Assembly (NCBI GenBank): GCA_963741945.1
Contig: CAVUKA010000002.1
Span: 1-64,000, forward strand
DNA: 64,000 bases
DNA from: an uncultured Gemmatimonadales bacterium
GTDB lineage: Bacteria > Gemmatimonadota > Gemmatimonadetes > Longimicrobiales > RSA9
Direction: 5' to 3'
Both the position numbers and the translations under genes were made by a program. Within the stretch, counting starts at the first letter, position 1; each line of letters begins with the position of its first letter. Shown here one piece after another: positions 34,340 through 45,500 of this stretch. The notes below the pieces were generated by a model. That model made no database searches. It saw only the letters and a list, made by a program, of their open reading frames with translations, and was not told the origin of the DNA.

Positions 34340-36535
34340 CTAGGGGGCGGCGGCTTCCTTCGGCGCGGTGGTGGGCACGCCCTCCATTTCACCGGTCAGC
34401 GCGTGCACGCGCATCTGGCCGCTGCCCGCCACGTTCATCACGCCCCTGGCCTCCAGCCGGAACCGGTCGCGGAGGAGCGCGTGCGCGCCGGGCGTCACCA
34501 GCACGCTGCCGGCCGGGCCACTGGCCGCCAGGGCGGCGGCCGCCTCCACCGCCTCGCCCCACAGCTCGAAGCGCGGGCGGTCACGTCCCACCACGCCACC
34601 CACCACGGCGCCCGTGTGGACCGCCAGCCTCGCGGCGACGCCTTCCCCCCACGCCGCCACCGTGTCCAGCGCCAGCCCGGCGGCATCGGCCGCCGCATCG
34701 GCCGCCGTGCCGCCGGCGCCCATGACGGCCACGAAGCCATCGGCGCGCCAGACCACGGCGTCCACCGCGTGGGTGCGCGCCACTTCCTCGAAGCGGGCCA
34801 GGAGCTCGCGCAGCCCCGCCACCTTCTCGGCCGCATCGGCGCCCGCGGCCGGCCGCAGGGCGGACGGGAGGCGGCAGGCCACGACGGCGACATCCTCCCA
34901 GGTCTGGCAGATGTCCAGGTCGCCGGCGAGGACGCGATCGAGGACGGCGTCGGCGAACGTGCCGCGGAGGACGCGCTCCAGCAGGTCGAAGTCGGCCGCG
35001 ATCCGCTTGCGGTAGGCAGCTTCGCGACGCCGCATCTCGCGGAGATCGAGGGCGGCGGCGATGCGCGCTTCCAGGAGCGTGGGCTGGACGGGCTTGGTGA
35101 TGTAGTCGGCCGCCCCCATCTCGATGCAGTGCACTGCGCTGTCCGCCTCGTCGAGGGAGGAGAGCATGATCACCGGCGTGTCCTGGTGGCGCTCGGAGCC
35201 GTGGATCCTGCGGAGCGTCTCCACGCCGTCCATGACCGGCATGATCATGTCCAGCAGCACCAGGTCGAACGACTGCGCGTCCATGAGCTCCAGCGCCGCT
35301 TTCCCGTTCTCCGCAGTGGCGACGATGTAGCCCGATCGCGCCAGCTGCCGGGAGATGAGGTCGCGATTGGTCTCGTTGTCGTCCACCACCAGCAGCCGGC
35401 CCTCGCCTTCCGCCGCCGACCGGCCGGGCGACATCGTCCGGATCTTCGACAGGACGCCCCGCGTCAGCGCTGCGCTGGCTTCCAGTGAGGACGGAGCGCC
35501 GCCCACGGACCCGACCGCTGCGCCAGTGCCATTGCCGCCGCTGGCGCCCGGCCGGCCGCCGGAGCCCGCGGCGGGGGCCGCCATTCCGCCGGCAGCGGCC
35601 GCGATGCCCACGATGTCGCCGCTGGCGGCGAGGAGCCGCTGTGCGGCGTCCAGGATGCGCTGGAGGTCGGGGCGGAGGTGCTCGTGGCGCGGTGCGTCGC
35701 AGCACTCGATCAGCATCTCCGCGTAGCCCACCACCGCGTTGATGGGTGTGCGCAGGTCCACTTCCACCTGCGCAGCGAACGCCGGGAGGTCATCGAGGGC
35801 GCCGGCCGGGAGCCGCTCGGGCCGGAGGAGCGCATCAAGACGATCGAGCAGGCGACGACCGGACTCACGGATCCGCCCCAGGTCCGCCACCAGCTCGGGG
35901 TCCTCCACATCCTCCATCAGCATCTCGGAATACCCGATGATGCCGTTGATCGGCGTACGAAGCTCGTGGCGCACGTGACCGAGCGTGGCCTGTCGCACCC
36001 GCTCCGGATCCGCGTCCGCGACGGCGGCGCCGGCCGCTCCATCCCCGTCGCCCCCCACCATGGTGGCGCCGCCCGTCCCGGGGCCGCCGCCTCCGGCCAC
36101 GACAGTCCCGGGGGGCCGCCTCCGCCGCAGCGGCGCTTCCGGCACCGACACCGCGTCCGAACGGCGGAACGCTTCCGAGAGGTCCCCCCGCGGGCGGACC
36201 GACCGGCCCTCATGGGAGCCCGGGCCGTGCGCCGGGGTGTCGCTCCGGACCAGGCCCGTCGACGATATGTCGAACACCCACGCCAGGACCAGCACCAACG
36301 GGAATCCCAGGATCAGGATCACCGTGACCAGGCGCGCGGTCCAGGCCGGGAAGAGGAGCGCATCGAAAATGGCGCCGGACAGCTCGATGACCAGCGCGCC
36401 CAGGACGACGTACGCCGCCGCGGAGCCGAAGACTCGACGCCGCTTCAGCTCGTTGTAAAAGCGCAGCAGACGGGGTGGCAGACTCGGAGGCAAGCGCTCG
36501 GGGGGGTGGAGAGTCGCAGGAATTTCAAGGGGCAT
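34340..36535 (-). CDS. Membrane-anchored protein with duplicated HisKA-like helices, a REC domain and a degenerate class III nucleotide cyclase domain
   Basis: ELKRRRV plus transmembrane helices, RHELRTPING and EVDLRTPINA, LLVVDDN...LLDMIMP, and AVHTGAVVGGVVGRDRPRFELWGEAV. Confidence 0.8.
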   Translation of the reverse strand: MPLEIPATLHPPERLPPSLPPRLLRFYNELKRRRVFGSAAAYVVLGALVIELSGAIFDALLFPAWTARLVTVILILGFPLVLVLAWVFDISSTGLVRSDTPAHGPGSHEGRSVRPRGDLSEAFRRSDAVSVPEAPLRRRRPPGTVVAGGGGPGTGGATMVGGDGDGAAGAAVADADPERVRQATLGHVRHELRTPINGIIGYSEMLMEDVEDPELVADLGRIRESGRRLLDRLDALLRPERLPAGALDDLPAFAAQVEVDLRTPINAVVGYAEMLIECCDAPRHEHLRPDLQRILDAAQRLLAASGDIVGIAAAAGGMAAPAAGSGGRPGASGGNGTGAAVGSVGGAPSSLEASAALTRGVLSKIRTMSPGRSAAEGEGRLLVVDDNETNRDLISRQLARSGYIVATAENGKAALELMDAQSFDLVLLDMIMPVMDGVETLRRIHGSERHQDTPVIMLSSLDEADSAVHCIEMGAADYITKPVQPTLLEARIAAALDLREMRRREAAYRKRIAADFDLLERVLRGTFADAVLDRVLAGDLDICQTWEDVAVVACRLPSALRPAAGADAAEKVAGLRELLARFEEVARTHAVDAVVWRADGFVAVMGAGGTAADAAADAAGLALDTVAAWGEGVAARLAVHTGAVVGGVVGRDRPRFELWGEAVEAAAALAASGPAGSVLVTPGAHALLRDRFRLEARGVMNVAGSGQMRVHALTGEMEGVPTTAPKEAAAP

Positions 36536-36646
36536 TGTAAGGTTGCACCCCACGGGGTCGGAGGCAAGAGCCGCGTGGCGACGGTTCGGCGTGGCCGCAG
36601 AACTGTCACGCTCCGCGACGGAAGCTCCGCGAGCGCGGCGAGTGCG

Positions 36647-39316
36647 TCAGGCGGCCTGCGGGCCGAGGACTTCAGCCACCTTCTGGACCAGCGCTTCGGG
36701 AGTGAAGGGCTTGGGCAGGAAAGCGTGGGCGCCATCGGCAATGCCGCGGCGGACCACGTCGTCGCTGGTGTAGCCGGAAATGAAGAGGATGGGGGTATCG
36801 GGCCGTGAAGCGGCGAAGCGCTCGGCCACCTCGCGGCCGGAGAGGCCGGGCATGACCAGGTCCGCCACGAGGAGGTCGATGCGGCCGCGGTGGTCGGCCG
36901 CGCTCCGGAGGGCCTCTTGCCCGTCCGCGGCCTCCAGGACGGTGTAGCCGCGGCGCTGGAGGATCTTGCGCAGGAGCGCGCGGATGGGAGCCTCGTCCTC
37001 TACCACGAGGATGGTGGCACCGTGCTGGTCCCGGGCAGGACGCGCACCAGGGGCCTCCCCTCCCCTGGGGGCGCCCGTCTCGACGGATCGGTCCGCCTCG
37101 ACCGGTGGGTCCGTCTCGACCGTTCGGTCCGTCTCGTGGGCCTCATGGGCCTCGTGGGCGGGGAGGAAGACGCGGAAGACGGAGCCGCGTCCGGGCTCGC
37201 TGTCGACGCTGATGGCGCCGCCAGACTGGCGCACCCATCCATAGACGGTGCTGAGCCCGAGGCCGTTCCCGTCACCCGCGGCCTTGGTGGTATAGAACGG
37301 CTCGAATATGCGGGCGCGGATGGCGTCATCCATGCCGCGGCCGTCATCGGCGACGCTGAGGACCACGTAGCGGCCCGGCTCCTCGCCGAGCTCCCGGGCG
37401 AGGGGGTGGGTCGGTCCGAGCTCCGTGAGTGCCGTGGAGATCTCGATCGTGCCGTCGCCGGCAATGGCAGCGCGGGCGTTGAGGACGAGGTCCATCAGGA
37501 CCTGCTCGAGCTGGGCGCGGTCGGCGCGGATCCGGGCGCCGTGGGGGTCGAGCCGGGTGCGCAGGCGGATGCGCTCCCCCACCACGCGGCTGAGCATGGA
37601 CTCCAGCTCGGCGACGATCCCGTTGAGGTCGAGGACGCGCGCGGGCGCCATCTTTCGCCGGCTGAACGCGAGGAGCTGGTCGGTGAGGCGGGCGGCGCGG
37701 GCGGCGCCGCGGCGGACCTCGTCGAGGTCGGTGGCGAGATCGGAATCGGGGGCCACCCGCTCCGCCATGAGCTCCACGTAGCCCTGGATGGCGGTGAGAA
37801 TGTTGTTGAAGTCGTGGGCCACACCGCCCGCGAGGCGGCCAATGGCCTCGAGCTTCCGGGACTGCTGGAGCCGGACTTCGAGGTCCCGGGCGTCCGTGAC
37901 GTCGCGGCTGTTGATGACGATCCCGCGCACGGCCGGGTCGTGGAGGAGGTTGGTGGAGCGGGCCTGGAAGACGCGGTAGCTGCCGTCGACGTGCCGCACG
38001 CGCGCCTCCGCCGTCGCGCTGGTGCCGGGGGCGGCGAGCAAACGGGCCAGGCCCTTCTGGAGGCGCTCGCGATCGTCGGGGTGGACGCGGTCGTAGAGCG
38101 ACGCTCCGCTGGCGGGGGTGTACCCGAGATTCCGGGTGACGGCCGGGCTCTCGTACCTGACCCGCCCCTCCTCGTCCAACACCGTGATCATGTCGCCGGC
38201 GTTCTCGATCAGGGCGCGGAACCACTGCTCCCGGCGGCCCAGCTCCGCCGCGGCGCGCTTCTCCTCGCGGATGTCGCGCGCCACGACCACGATACCGGCC
38301 GCCTGGCCCGTCCGTGAGCGCAGCGTGCCCGCGGACACGGCCACATCGATGACGTCGCCGCCCCGGGTCCGCACCCGCATCTCCCGGCTCTCACGCCGCA
38401 CTTCACCGCCCAGAATGCGCTCCGCGTCCGCCTCGCCGAATACCGCCGGAAGGTGCATGGCCCTGAGACCACCGTCGTCGTAGCCCAGGATCCGGCGCGC
38501 TGCCGGATTGGCGATGACCACGCGCCCCCCGGGGTCGCAGACCAGGAGCGGCTCGGCCATGGTCTGGAGGATCTTGTCCGCCGCGTACTGCGGCGTGATC
38601 TGCGGGAGGTGGTACCGGTTGACCACCCAGGCGGCGCTGAGCAGGAAGGCGGGGAAGAAGACGAATCCCAGCGGCGCCATGTCCACGCCGTAGGACGGGG
38701 CGTAGTCAATGAAGCCGAAGCCGGCGATGCACAGCGGGACGGCGAACCAGCGGATCCGCGCACGCTGGACCGGATCGGCGCCCCGGTACTCGCGGGCATA
38801 ATCCAGCATGGTGAGACCGAACAGGAGCGCGGACCAGGCCACGAACAGCAGGCTTCCCGGCGTGAGCCGAGTGAACCAGCCCCACTCCGTACGGTGAACA
38901 CCCGCCACCACGCTGTCCGTCAGCACGGCCGCCAGGGAATAGCCGATCCCCACCAGCCACGCCGCGTGCACCAGCCGCCGCCGTGCGCGCGCGAGGCCGA
39001 GCACGTGCATGCTGAAGTGGTACAGGGCCGGGATGATGAACGGCACACCCACGTACGCGAGCTTCGCCCAGATCAGCGCCCGCGCGGCGTCCTGGCTGTC
39101 CAGCATGCGCGAGAAGCTGAAAAGGTACAGCGTCAGCGCCAGCGCGCCCGCCAGGAACGGCAGGCTGATCGGCCGGCCTCGCTCCCGCCCCACCACCCAG
39201 ATCCCGGTCACCAGGGCCAGCGCGGCGCAGGCGGCGATCGGCAGAGCGAGCGCGCTGTGCCCGGCGGCTCCCGCCACCCCGTAGTGGAGCGCGGCGATCA
39301 CAGGGTATTGGCTCAT
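36647..39316 (-). CDS. Hybrid kinase: multi-TM sensor (HisKA_7TM-like) - 2 PAS - HisKA - HATPase - REC (CckA-type)
   Basis: Hydrophobic N-terminus, AGGVAHDFNNILT, IFEPFYTTK, GLGLS and ILVVEDE...FLPKPF. Confidence 0.9.
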   Translation of the reverse strand: MSQYPVIAALHYGVAGAAGHSALALPIAACAALALVTGIWVVGRERGRPISLPFLAGALALTLYLFSFSRMLDSQDAARALIWAKLAYVGVPFIIPALYHFSMHVLGLARARRRLVHAAWLVGIGYSLAAVLTDSVVAGVHRTEWGWFTRLTPGSLLFVAWSALLFGLTMLDYAREYRGADPVQRARIRWFAVPLCIAGFGFIDYAPSYGVDMAPLGFVFFPAFLLSAAWVVNRYHLPQITPQYAADKILQTMAEPLLVCDPGGRVVIANPAARRILGYDDGGLRAMHLPAVFGEADAERILGGEVRRESREMRVRTRGGDVIDVAVSAGTLRSRTGQAAGIVVVARDIREEKRAAAELGRREQWFRALIENAGDMITVLDEEGRVRYESPAVTRNLGYTPASGASLYDRVHPDDRERLQKGLARLLAAPGTSATAEARVRHVDGSYRVFQARSTNLLHDPAVRGIVINSRDVTDARDLEVRLQQSRKLEAIGRLAGGVAHDFNNILTAIQGYVELMAERVAPDSDLATDLDEVRRGAARAARLTDQLLAFSRRKMAPARVLDLNGIVAELESMLSRVVGERIRLRTRLDPHGARIRADRAQLEQVLMDLVLNARAAIAGDGTIEISTALTELGPTHPLARELGEEPGRYVVLSVADDGRGMDDAIRARIFEPFYTTKAAGDGNGLGLSTVYGWVRQSGGAISVDSEPGRGSVFRVFLPAHEAHEAHETDRTVETDPPVEADRSVETGAPRGGEAPGARPARDQHGATILVVEDEAPIRALLRKILQRRGYTVLEAADGQEALRSAADHRGRIDLLVADLVMPGLSGREVAERFAASRPDTPILFISGYTSDDVVRRGIADGAHAFLPKPFTPEALVQKVAEVLGPQAA

Positions 39317-39378
39317 ACTGTTCGTAGCATCGGCACAGCCCGGTGAATCTTGAGTGTGCGGCCGAACCAGCCTGCCGC

Positions 39379-39400
39379 TGTCACACGGATGCGATACCTT
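39379..39400 (+). promoter_or_regulatory. Candidate PafBC-type promoter of the addB-addA operon, probably leaderless
   Basis: TGTCAC-ACGGATGCGA-TACCTT, ending 7 nt before the ATG at 39408. Confidence 0.65.
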
Positions 39401-39407
39401 TGGAACC

Positions 39408-42400
39408 ATGATTTCCGATTCCAAGTTCCCCATCCTGCTCCGATCCCTCGACCGCGCCACGCGCGAGCGCCCGCACGCGCGCAAGCTCCTGCTGTGCTCG
39501 CGCCCCGCGGAAGGGCGTGAGCTGCTGCGATCCCTGGCGCTTTCCGGCGTGCCGTGGCTGGGCTGGGAGCCGCTCTCGCTGCGGCAGCTGGCGCTGACGG
39601 TGGCGGGCGGTGCGCTGGCGGTGGCGGAGCTCCGCGTGGCGGACGCGTTCGACGTGATGGCGGTGGTGGACGCGGCCATTGATGAAGCCGTGGCGGAGGG
39701 CGGGGCGCGCCCGTTCCGCGGCGGGGTGCCGGGTCCGTACCGTGACCCGATCCGGCGGAGCGTGGAAACGCTGCGAGCGGCGGGCCTGGGGGCGAGCGCG
39801 CTGCGGCGGGCGGAGTCGGGCGACGGCCGGCTGGACCTGCTGGCGCGGGTGCTGGAGCGCTACGAGGCCGGGCTGAGCGCGTCGGCGCTGGTGGACGGCC
39901 CCGGGCTGCTGGCGCGTGCGGAGGAGGCGCTGGGGGCCGGCGGCGTGCCGGAAGCGCTGGCGGGTGCGCGGCTCCATCTGCTGCCCGGGCTGGACGCGGG
40001 CGGGGTAGCGGGGCGGCTGGTGGCGCGTCTGATGGAGCTGGGCGCGCGCGTGCTGGAGACCGATGCCACGCCCGGTGCCCCGACGCCGGCGCACACGGTG
40101 TGGGCGGCCCCGGCGGAGCCGGAAGGCGGGCTGTCGTGGCTGAGCACGCGGCTGGACGGGGCACTGCCGCCGTCGCTGGAGGCGGGCGGTCTGCCGGGGG
40201 GCCTGCACCTGTTCGCGGCGGCGACACCGGCGGACGAAGTGCGGGAAGTTCTGCGGCGGGTGGTGGCGGCGGGGGTCCCGTGGGACCGGGTGGAGATCAT
40301 CGCGACGGACGCGGACGTGTACGGGAACGCGCTGGACGGCCTGGCCCGCCGGCTCGGGATCCCCGTGAGCTACGCGGAAGGGCTGGACATCCGGCGGACG
40401 CGGGCGGGCCGCGTGGCGGAGGCGTACTTCCGCTGGCTGGCGGACGGCTTCCCCGCCGACGTGATCCGCCGCCTGCTGGAGACCGGGGACGTGGCGCCGC
40501 CCGGGCCGTCGTCCGCATCGGCATCGGCGCTCGCGCGCCGGCTGCGGCGCCTGCGGATCGGCTGGGGCTACGACCGCTACCTGCCGGCGATCGACCGTGC
40601 GCTGGAAGCGGCGGCAGGGGCGAGTCCGCGGGAGGGTGATGGTGACCCCGAGGCCGCGGCCGATGCGCTGGCGCGGGAGCGGACGGAGCTGAAGGCGCTG
40701 CGGTCGCTGCTCGCCCCCGTGCTGGAGGCGACGCCCCGCCTGGCCGACCGCCACGCCATCGACACCGCCCGCACCTCCCCCGCGCGCCTGGCCGGGGGGC
40801 TGCTCGAGCTGCTGGCGCTGGTGCCGCCGGGCGACGAGGTGGAGCGGGCGGCGAAGCTGGTGCTCGGCGAGCGGCTGGAGCGGGCGCGCGCCACGCTGGA
40901 CCGGGAGACCGGGTGGCGGACGGCCACGGCCATGCTGCGCGCACGGCTGCGCACGCGCATCTCCCCGGCGGGCGACGACGGGCAGCTGTCGCCCTGGACG
41001 TCGGCGGGCGGGCGGCTCCACCTGAGCGACATCGCCTCCGGCGGGCTCGCGGCGCGGCCGCACACGTTCGTGGTGGGGCTGGCCGCGGGGGCGGTGGGCC
41101 CCGGCGCGTCGGACCCGATGCTCCCGGACCGGGAGCGCGCCGCGCTGGGCCTGCCCACCACCGCGGACCGGCTGGCCGCGTCGCGGCACGCGCTGGCATC
41201 GGTGCTGGCGCGGCTGCGAGGTTCGGTGACGCTGTCGTACGCGGCGTGGGACATGGCCGAAGGGCGCGTGGTGGCGCCCGCGCCGGAGCTGCTGCAGGCG
41301 CTGCGGCTGCTGGACGCGGACCCGTCGCGGACGTACGAGGACCTGCGGAAGCGCCTGGGCCGGCTCGCCTGCGCGGTCCCGGCCGAGGGCGCCGGCGCGC
41401 TGGACGCGGCGGACGTCTGGCTGGACGCGCTCTCGGCGCCGGATGGTCTGCTGCGGGATGGCGCGGCCGCGGTGCGCACGCTGTACCCGGGGCTGGCCGC
41501 GGGACTGGGCGCGGGGGAGGCGAGGCGCGCGTCGTCGCTGACGGCGTGGGACGGGCGGGTGGCGCCGGACCCGGCACTGGATCCGCGGCGCAGCGGCGTC
41601 GTGCACTCGGCTTCGCGGCTGGAAGCGCTGGGCGCGTGCCCGCTCCGCTACTTCTACCGCTACGTGCTGGACGCTCGGCCGGTGCGCGATCCGGGGTACG
41701 ACCCGGAGAGCTGGCTGGACGCGCTGGAGCGGGGTTCACTGCTGCACGCGGTGTACGAGCACGCGGTGGTGCGGGCGGGCGTGGGCGCGGACTACGGCGG
41801 GGCGTCGTTCGAAGCGCTGGCGATGGACGCGCTGGAGGACGCGGTGCATCGCACGCTGCGTCGCCTGCCTTCGCCGAGCGAGGCGGTGCTGCGGTCGGAG
41901 CTGCTGGCGCTGCAGGACGACGTGCGGTCCTTCGTGGTCATGCTCCGGGATCGGCGTCCGCGCGTGGTGCGGACGGAGCTGGCGTTCGGCCCCGAAACGG
42001 ACGCGGAGTCGGAGGGTGAAGTCGAGCTGTCGGTGCCCGGCGGTCGGCTGCGCCTGCGCGGGCGGGTGGACCGGCTCGACGCGCTGGACGGGGGCGGGCT
42101 GCGCGTGGTGGACTACAAGACGGGACGGCCATCGCGCTACCGGGAGGCGCTTCCGTTCGACGGCGGGCGGCGGCTCCAGCACCTGCTCTACTCGCTGGCG
42201 GTGGAGCAGCTCCGACCGGGCGAGCGCGTGGGCGTCATGGAGTACCACTTCCCCACGGCGCGTGGCGAGAACCACGTGACGCGCTACCACCGCGAGCAGC
42301 TGGAACCGGGAGGCGAAGTGCTGCGGATGCTGCTCCAGCTGGCCGCGGACGGGCTGTTCATCCCGACGGACGACGACGGCGACTGCCGCTACTGCGACTT

Positions 42401-42539
42401 CGGCGCAGTCTGCCGCGTGACCACGAACGACTGGGGCTCGGCCGACTCGCCGCGTGCGCGATGGGCGAAGGAGTCGGGGATGCTGCTACCCGAGTACGCG
42501 CCGCTGGTGCAGCTGCGGGGCGGGGAGGTGGAGGCATGA
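39408..42539 (+). CDS. AddB-like inactive-helicase/PD-(D/E)XK nuclease subunit
   Basis: SASRLEALGACPLRYFY, RGSLLH, RGRVDRLD...VVDYKTG and CRYCDFGAVC (four Cys for an Fe-S cluster). Confidence 0.88.
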   Translation: MISDSKFPILLRSLDRATRERPHARKLLLCSRPAEGRELLRSLALSGVPWLGWEPLSLRQLALTVAGGALAVAELRVADAFDVMAVVDAAIDEAVAEGGARPFRGGVPGPYRDPIRRSVETLRAAGLGASALRRAESGDGRLDLLARVLERYEAGLSASALVDGPGLLARAEEALGAGGVPEALAGARLHLLPGLDAGGVAGRLVARLMELGARVLETDATPGAPTPAHTVWAAPAEPEGGLSWLSTRLDGALPPSLEAGGLPGGLHLFAAATPADEVREVLRRVVAAGVPWDRVEIIATDADVYGNALDGLARRLGIPVSYAEGLDIRRTRAGRVAEAYFRWLADGFPADVIRRLLETGDVAPPGPSSASASALARRLRRLRIGWGYDRYLPAIDRALEAAAGASPREGDGDPEAAADALARERTELKALRSLLAPVLEATPRLADRHAIDTARTSPARLAGGLLELLALVPPGDEVERAAKLVLGERLERARATLDRETGWRTATAMLRARLRTRISPAGDDGQLSPWTSAGGRLHLSDIASGGLAARPHTFVVGLAAGAVGPGASDPMLPDRERAALGLPTTADRLAASRHALASVLARLRGSVTLSYAAWDMAEGRVVAPAPELLQALRLLDADPSRTYEDLRKRLGRLACAVPAEGAGALDAADVWLDALSAPDGLLRDGAAAVRTLYPGLAAGLGAGEARRASSLTAWDGRVAPDPALDPRRSGVVHSASRLEALGACPLRYFYRYVLDARPVRDPGYDPESWLDALERGSLLHAVYEHAVVRAGVGADYGGASFEALAMDALEDAVHRTLRRLPSPSEAVLRSELLALQDDVRSFVVMLRDRRPRVVRTELAFGPETDAESEGEVELSVPGGRLRLRGRVDRLDALDGGGLRVVDYKTGRPSRYREALPFDGGRRLQHLLYSLAVEQLRPGERVGVMEYHFPTARGENHVTRYHREQLEPGGEVLRMLLQLAADGLFIPTDDDGDCRYCDFGAVCRVTTNDWGSADSPRARWAKESGMLLPEYAPLVQLRGGEVEA

Positions 42540-45500
42540 GTGGGGACGACCTGCAGCTTCGGATGCCGCTGATCGCGGGCGCGGACGATGCCGCGCCGAA
42601 GCCGCCGGACGACCAGCCGGCCCGGGACCGGATCCTCGCCGAGCTGGATGCCAACCTGCTCGTGGAAGCGGGGGCGGGGTCGGGGAAGACCACGTCCATG
42701 GTGGGGCGCATGGTGGCGCTGGTCGGCGCCGGCCGGGACGTGGAGCGCATGGCCGCGGTGACGTTCACCCGCAAGGCCGCGGCGGAGCTGCGGGAGCGGT
42801 TCCAGGAGAAGCTGGAGTGCGCGTTCCGGGACGCCCGGGCGGCGGGTGATGCCGAGGGCGCGGCGCGGTTCGGCGCCGCGCTGGACGCCCTCGACCGCTG
42901 CTTCCTGGGCACCATCCACGCGTTCTGCGCGCGACTGCTGCGGGAGCGGCCGCTGGAGGCCCGCGTGCCGCCCGAGTTCGAGGAGATCTCGGGACCGGAC
43001 GAGGATCGGCTGCGGGCGGAGAGCTGGACCCGCTTCCTGGAGCGGCTGGCCGCGCGCGACGGCTCGCGGCTGGTGCGCGCCATGGCCGACTACGGCCTGA
43101 CACCGGCCCGGCTCCACGGTGCGTTCCGGGAGCTGAGCGAGAACCCGGACGTCCACTACCCCGCCCCGGCGGCGCCGCGGCCGGGCGCCGCCGAGATCGC
43201 GGCAGTGCGTCGCGGGCTGGAGCGGCTGCACGACCGCTCGCTCGCGCTGCTTCCGGCGGCGGAGCACCCGGACGGCCGGGACGATCTGCAGAGGAAGATC
43301 CACACGCTCAAAGTGCGGCGCTTCGTCCTGGGCTGGGACTCCGACGTGGCGTTCATGGACGCATTGGAGCTCGCGGTACAGGGGTCGAACAGGATCGTCC
43401 AGAAGCGCTGGGCCGACGAGCGGGACGGGAAGGCCGCGGCCAGGGACCTCTCGGAGGGGTGGGAGGAGTTCTGCGACGAGGGCTCCGGCGCGAGCCGGCT
43501 GCTGCGCGCGTGGTGGGCGGCCCGCTACCCGGTGGTGATCCGCTTCGCCCGCGCGGCCGCGGGTGCGTACCAGCGGGACCGGCTGAGCGTGGGGCAGCTC
43601 ACGTTCCAGGACCTGCTGGTGCGCACCGCCGCACTGCTCCGCGAGCGCCCGTCGGCCAGGCGGGAGCTGGGCGAGCGATACCGGTGGCTGCTGGTGGACG
43701 AGTTCCAGGACACGGACCCGCTCCAGGCGGAGATCCTCTTCCTGCTGGCGTCGGAGCCGGCCGCGGCGGGCGACTGGCGCACGCTCGCGCCGCGGCCTGG
43801 CGCGCTCTTCGTGGTGGGCGACCCGAAGCAGAGCATCTACCGGTTCCGCCGGGCGGACATCAGCGTCTACAACCAGGTGAAGCGCGCGTTCGAGGGCTTC
43901 GGCGAAGTACTGGCGCTGACCACGAACTTCCGCTCCCGCCCACCCATCGGGGCGTTCGTGAACCCGGCGTTCCGGAACGTTTTCGCCCCGACTGCGACGG
44001 AGCACCAGGCTGCGTTCGCGGAGCTCAGGGTGCACCTCGGCGACACGCCCGCCCAGCGCGTGGCCTGCTACCGGTTCGAGCCCCGACCGGGCCGGGGGAA
44101 GCACAGCGGAAAACGGATCTCCGAGCCGGAGTCGGCGCTGCTGGCGTCCTGGATCCGGTCGCGCATCGAGACGGGCGAGCGCCGGCCGGCCGACTTCATG
44201 GTGCTGGCCATGCGGAAGGGTGAGCTGGCCGCCTACGCCCGGGCGCTGGAAGCGCACGGCGTCCCCGTGCAGGTAACGGGCGCCGGTGTCGGCGCCGACC
44301 ACGAGCTGAGCGAGCTCATCCTCCTGCTGCGCGCGCTGGCCGATCCGGGCGACCCGGTGCTCACGCTGGCGGTGCTGGAAGGGCTGTTCTTCGGTCTCTC
44401 CCACCAGCAGCTGCTGGACCACGCGCGGGCCGGCGGCCGGCTGTCGTTCGCCGGCGAGACGGGAAGCGGCCCCGTGGCGGACGCGCTCCGCACCCTGGGC
44501 CGCTTCTGGAACACCGCGCAGCGCCTCCCCGCCGACATCGCCATCGCCACACTGGTGGACGAGCTGGGCATCCTTCCCTGGGCCGCGGCCGGGGAGCTGG
44601 GCGCCACGCGGGCGGGCGCGGTGCTCTACGCGCTGGACGCCCTGCGGGTCGCCGCCGGGGATGGTGCGGCGTCGCTGGCCGAGGCCATCGAAGTACTGGA
44701 AGCGGCGCTGGCCGAGGAAGTGGACGCGCCGCTGGTCCCGGGCGAGACGGATGCCGTGCGGGTCATGAACCTGCACAAGGCCAAGGGACTGGAAGCGCCG
44801 GTGGTGGTGCTGGCCTATCCGGCGAAGCTGGAGCCACACCCGCCCACGCGGCACATCGCCCGGGATGCCGGGGGCCGGGCCGTGGGCTGGCTGCGCGTCC
44901 TGGATGCGACGCAGGCGGGGGCCCGCACCCTGGCCGCGCCGGCCGACTGGCAAGCGCACGAAGAAGCGGAAGCGCCGTATGCGGCGGCCGAGGCCGGGCG
45001 GCTCCTCTATGTCGCCGCCACCCGGGCGAAAGAGGAGCTGGTGGTGGGCCGCTGCACGAAGACCGAGGACGACGGCTGCTGGAGCGCGCTCCACGAGACG
45101 CTGGACGCACCCGGCGTGGCCACCGAGATCTCCCCCACCCTGCTGGACCCCGCGCCGCGCCAGCCGCTGGCGGAGTCACCGGCCACCCTCGAGCGTCGCA
45201 TGGCCGACGTGGCGGCAGCGCGGAGCGGCCTGGGCTCCCCCTCCTACCGGGCGAGGTCCATCACGGCCCGGGTGCACGGCGAGGGCGGCGGCGCAATCAC
45301 CCGGGATCTGCCGGAAGGCGGGCACGGGGACGCGGGCGGTCGGCCACGCCCCGACACCCGGCTGGTCCCGGTGACCGGCGACGCGCTCCGGGCGGCCGGC
45401 GCCATCCGGAGCGGCGGGGCGGCCGTGCGCACCCGTCCCGCGGACTGGGGGAGCGCGGTGCACCGTGCGCTGGAAGCGGCCGGCCGCGGGGCCGCGGGCG

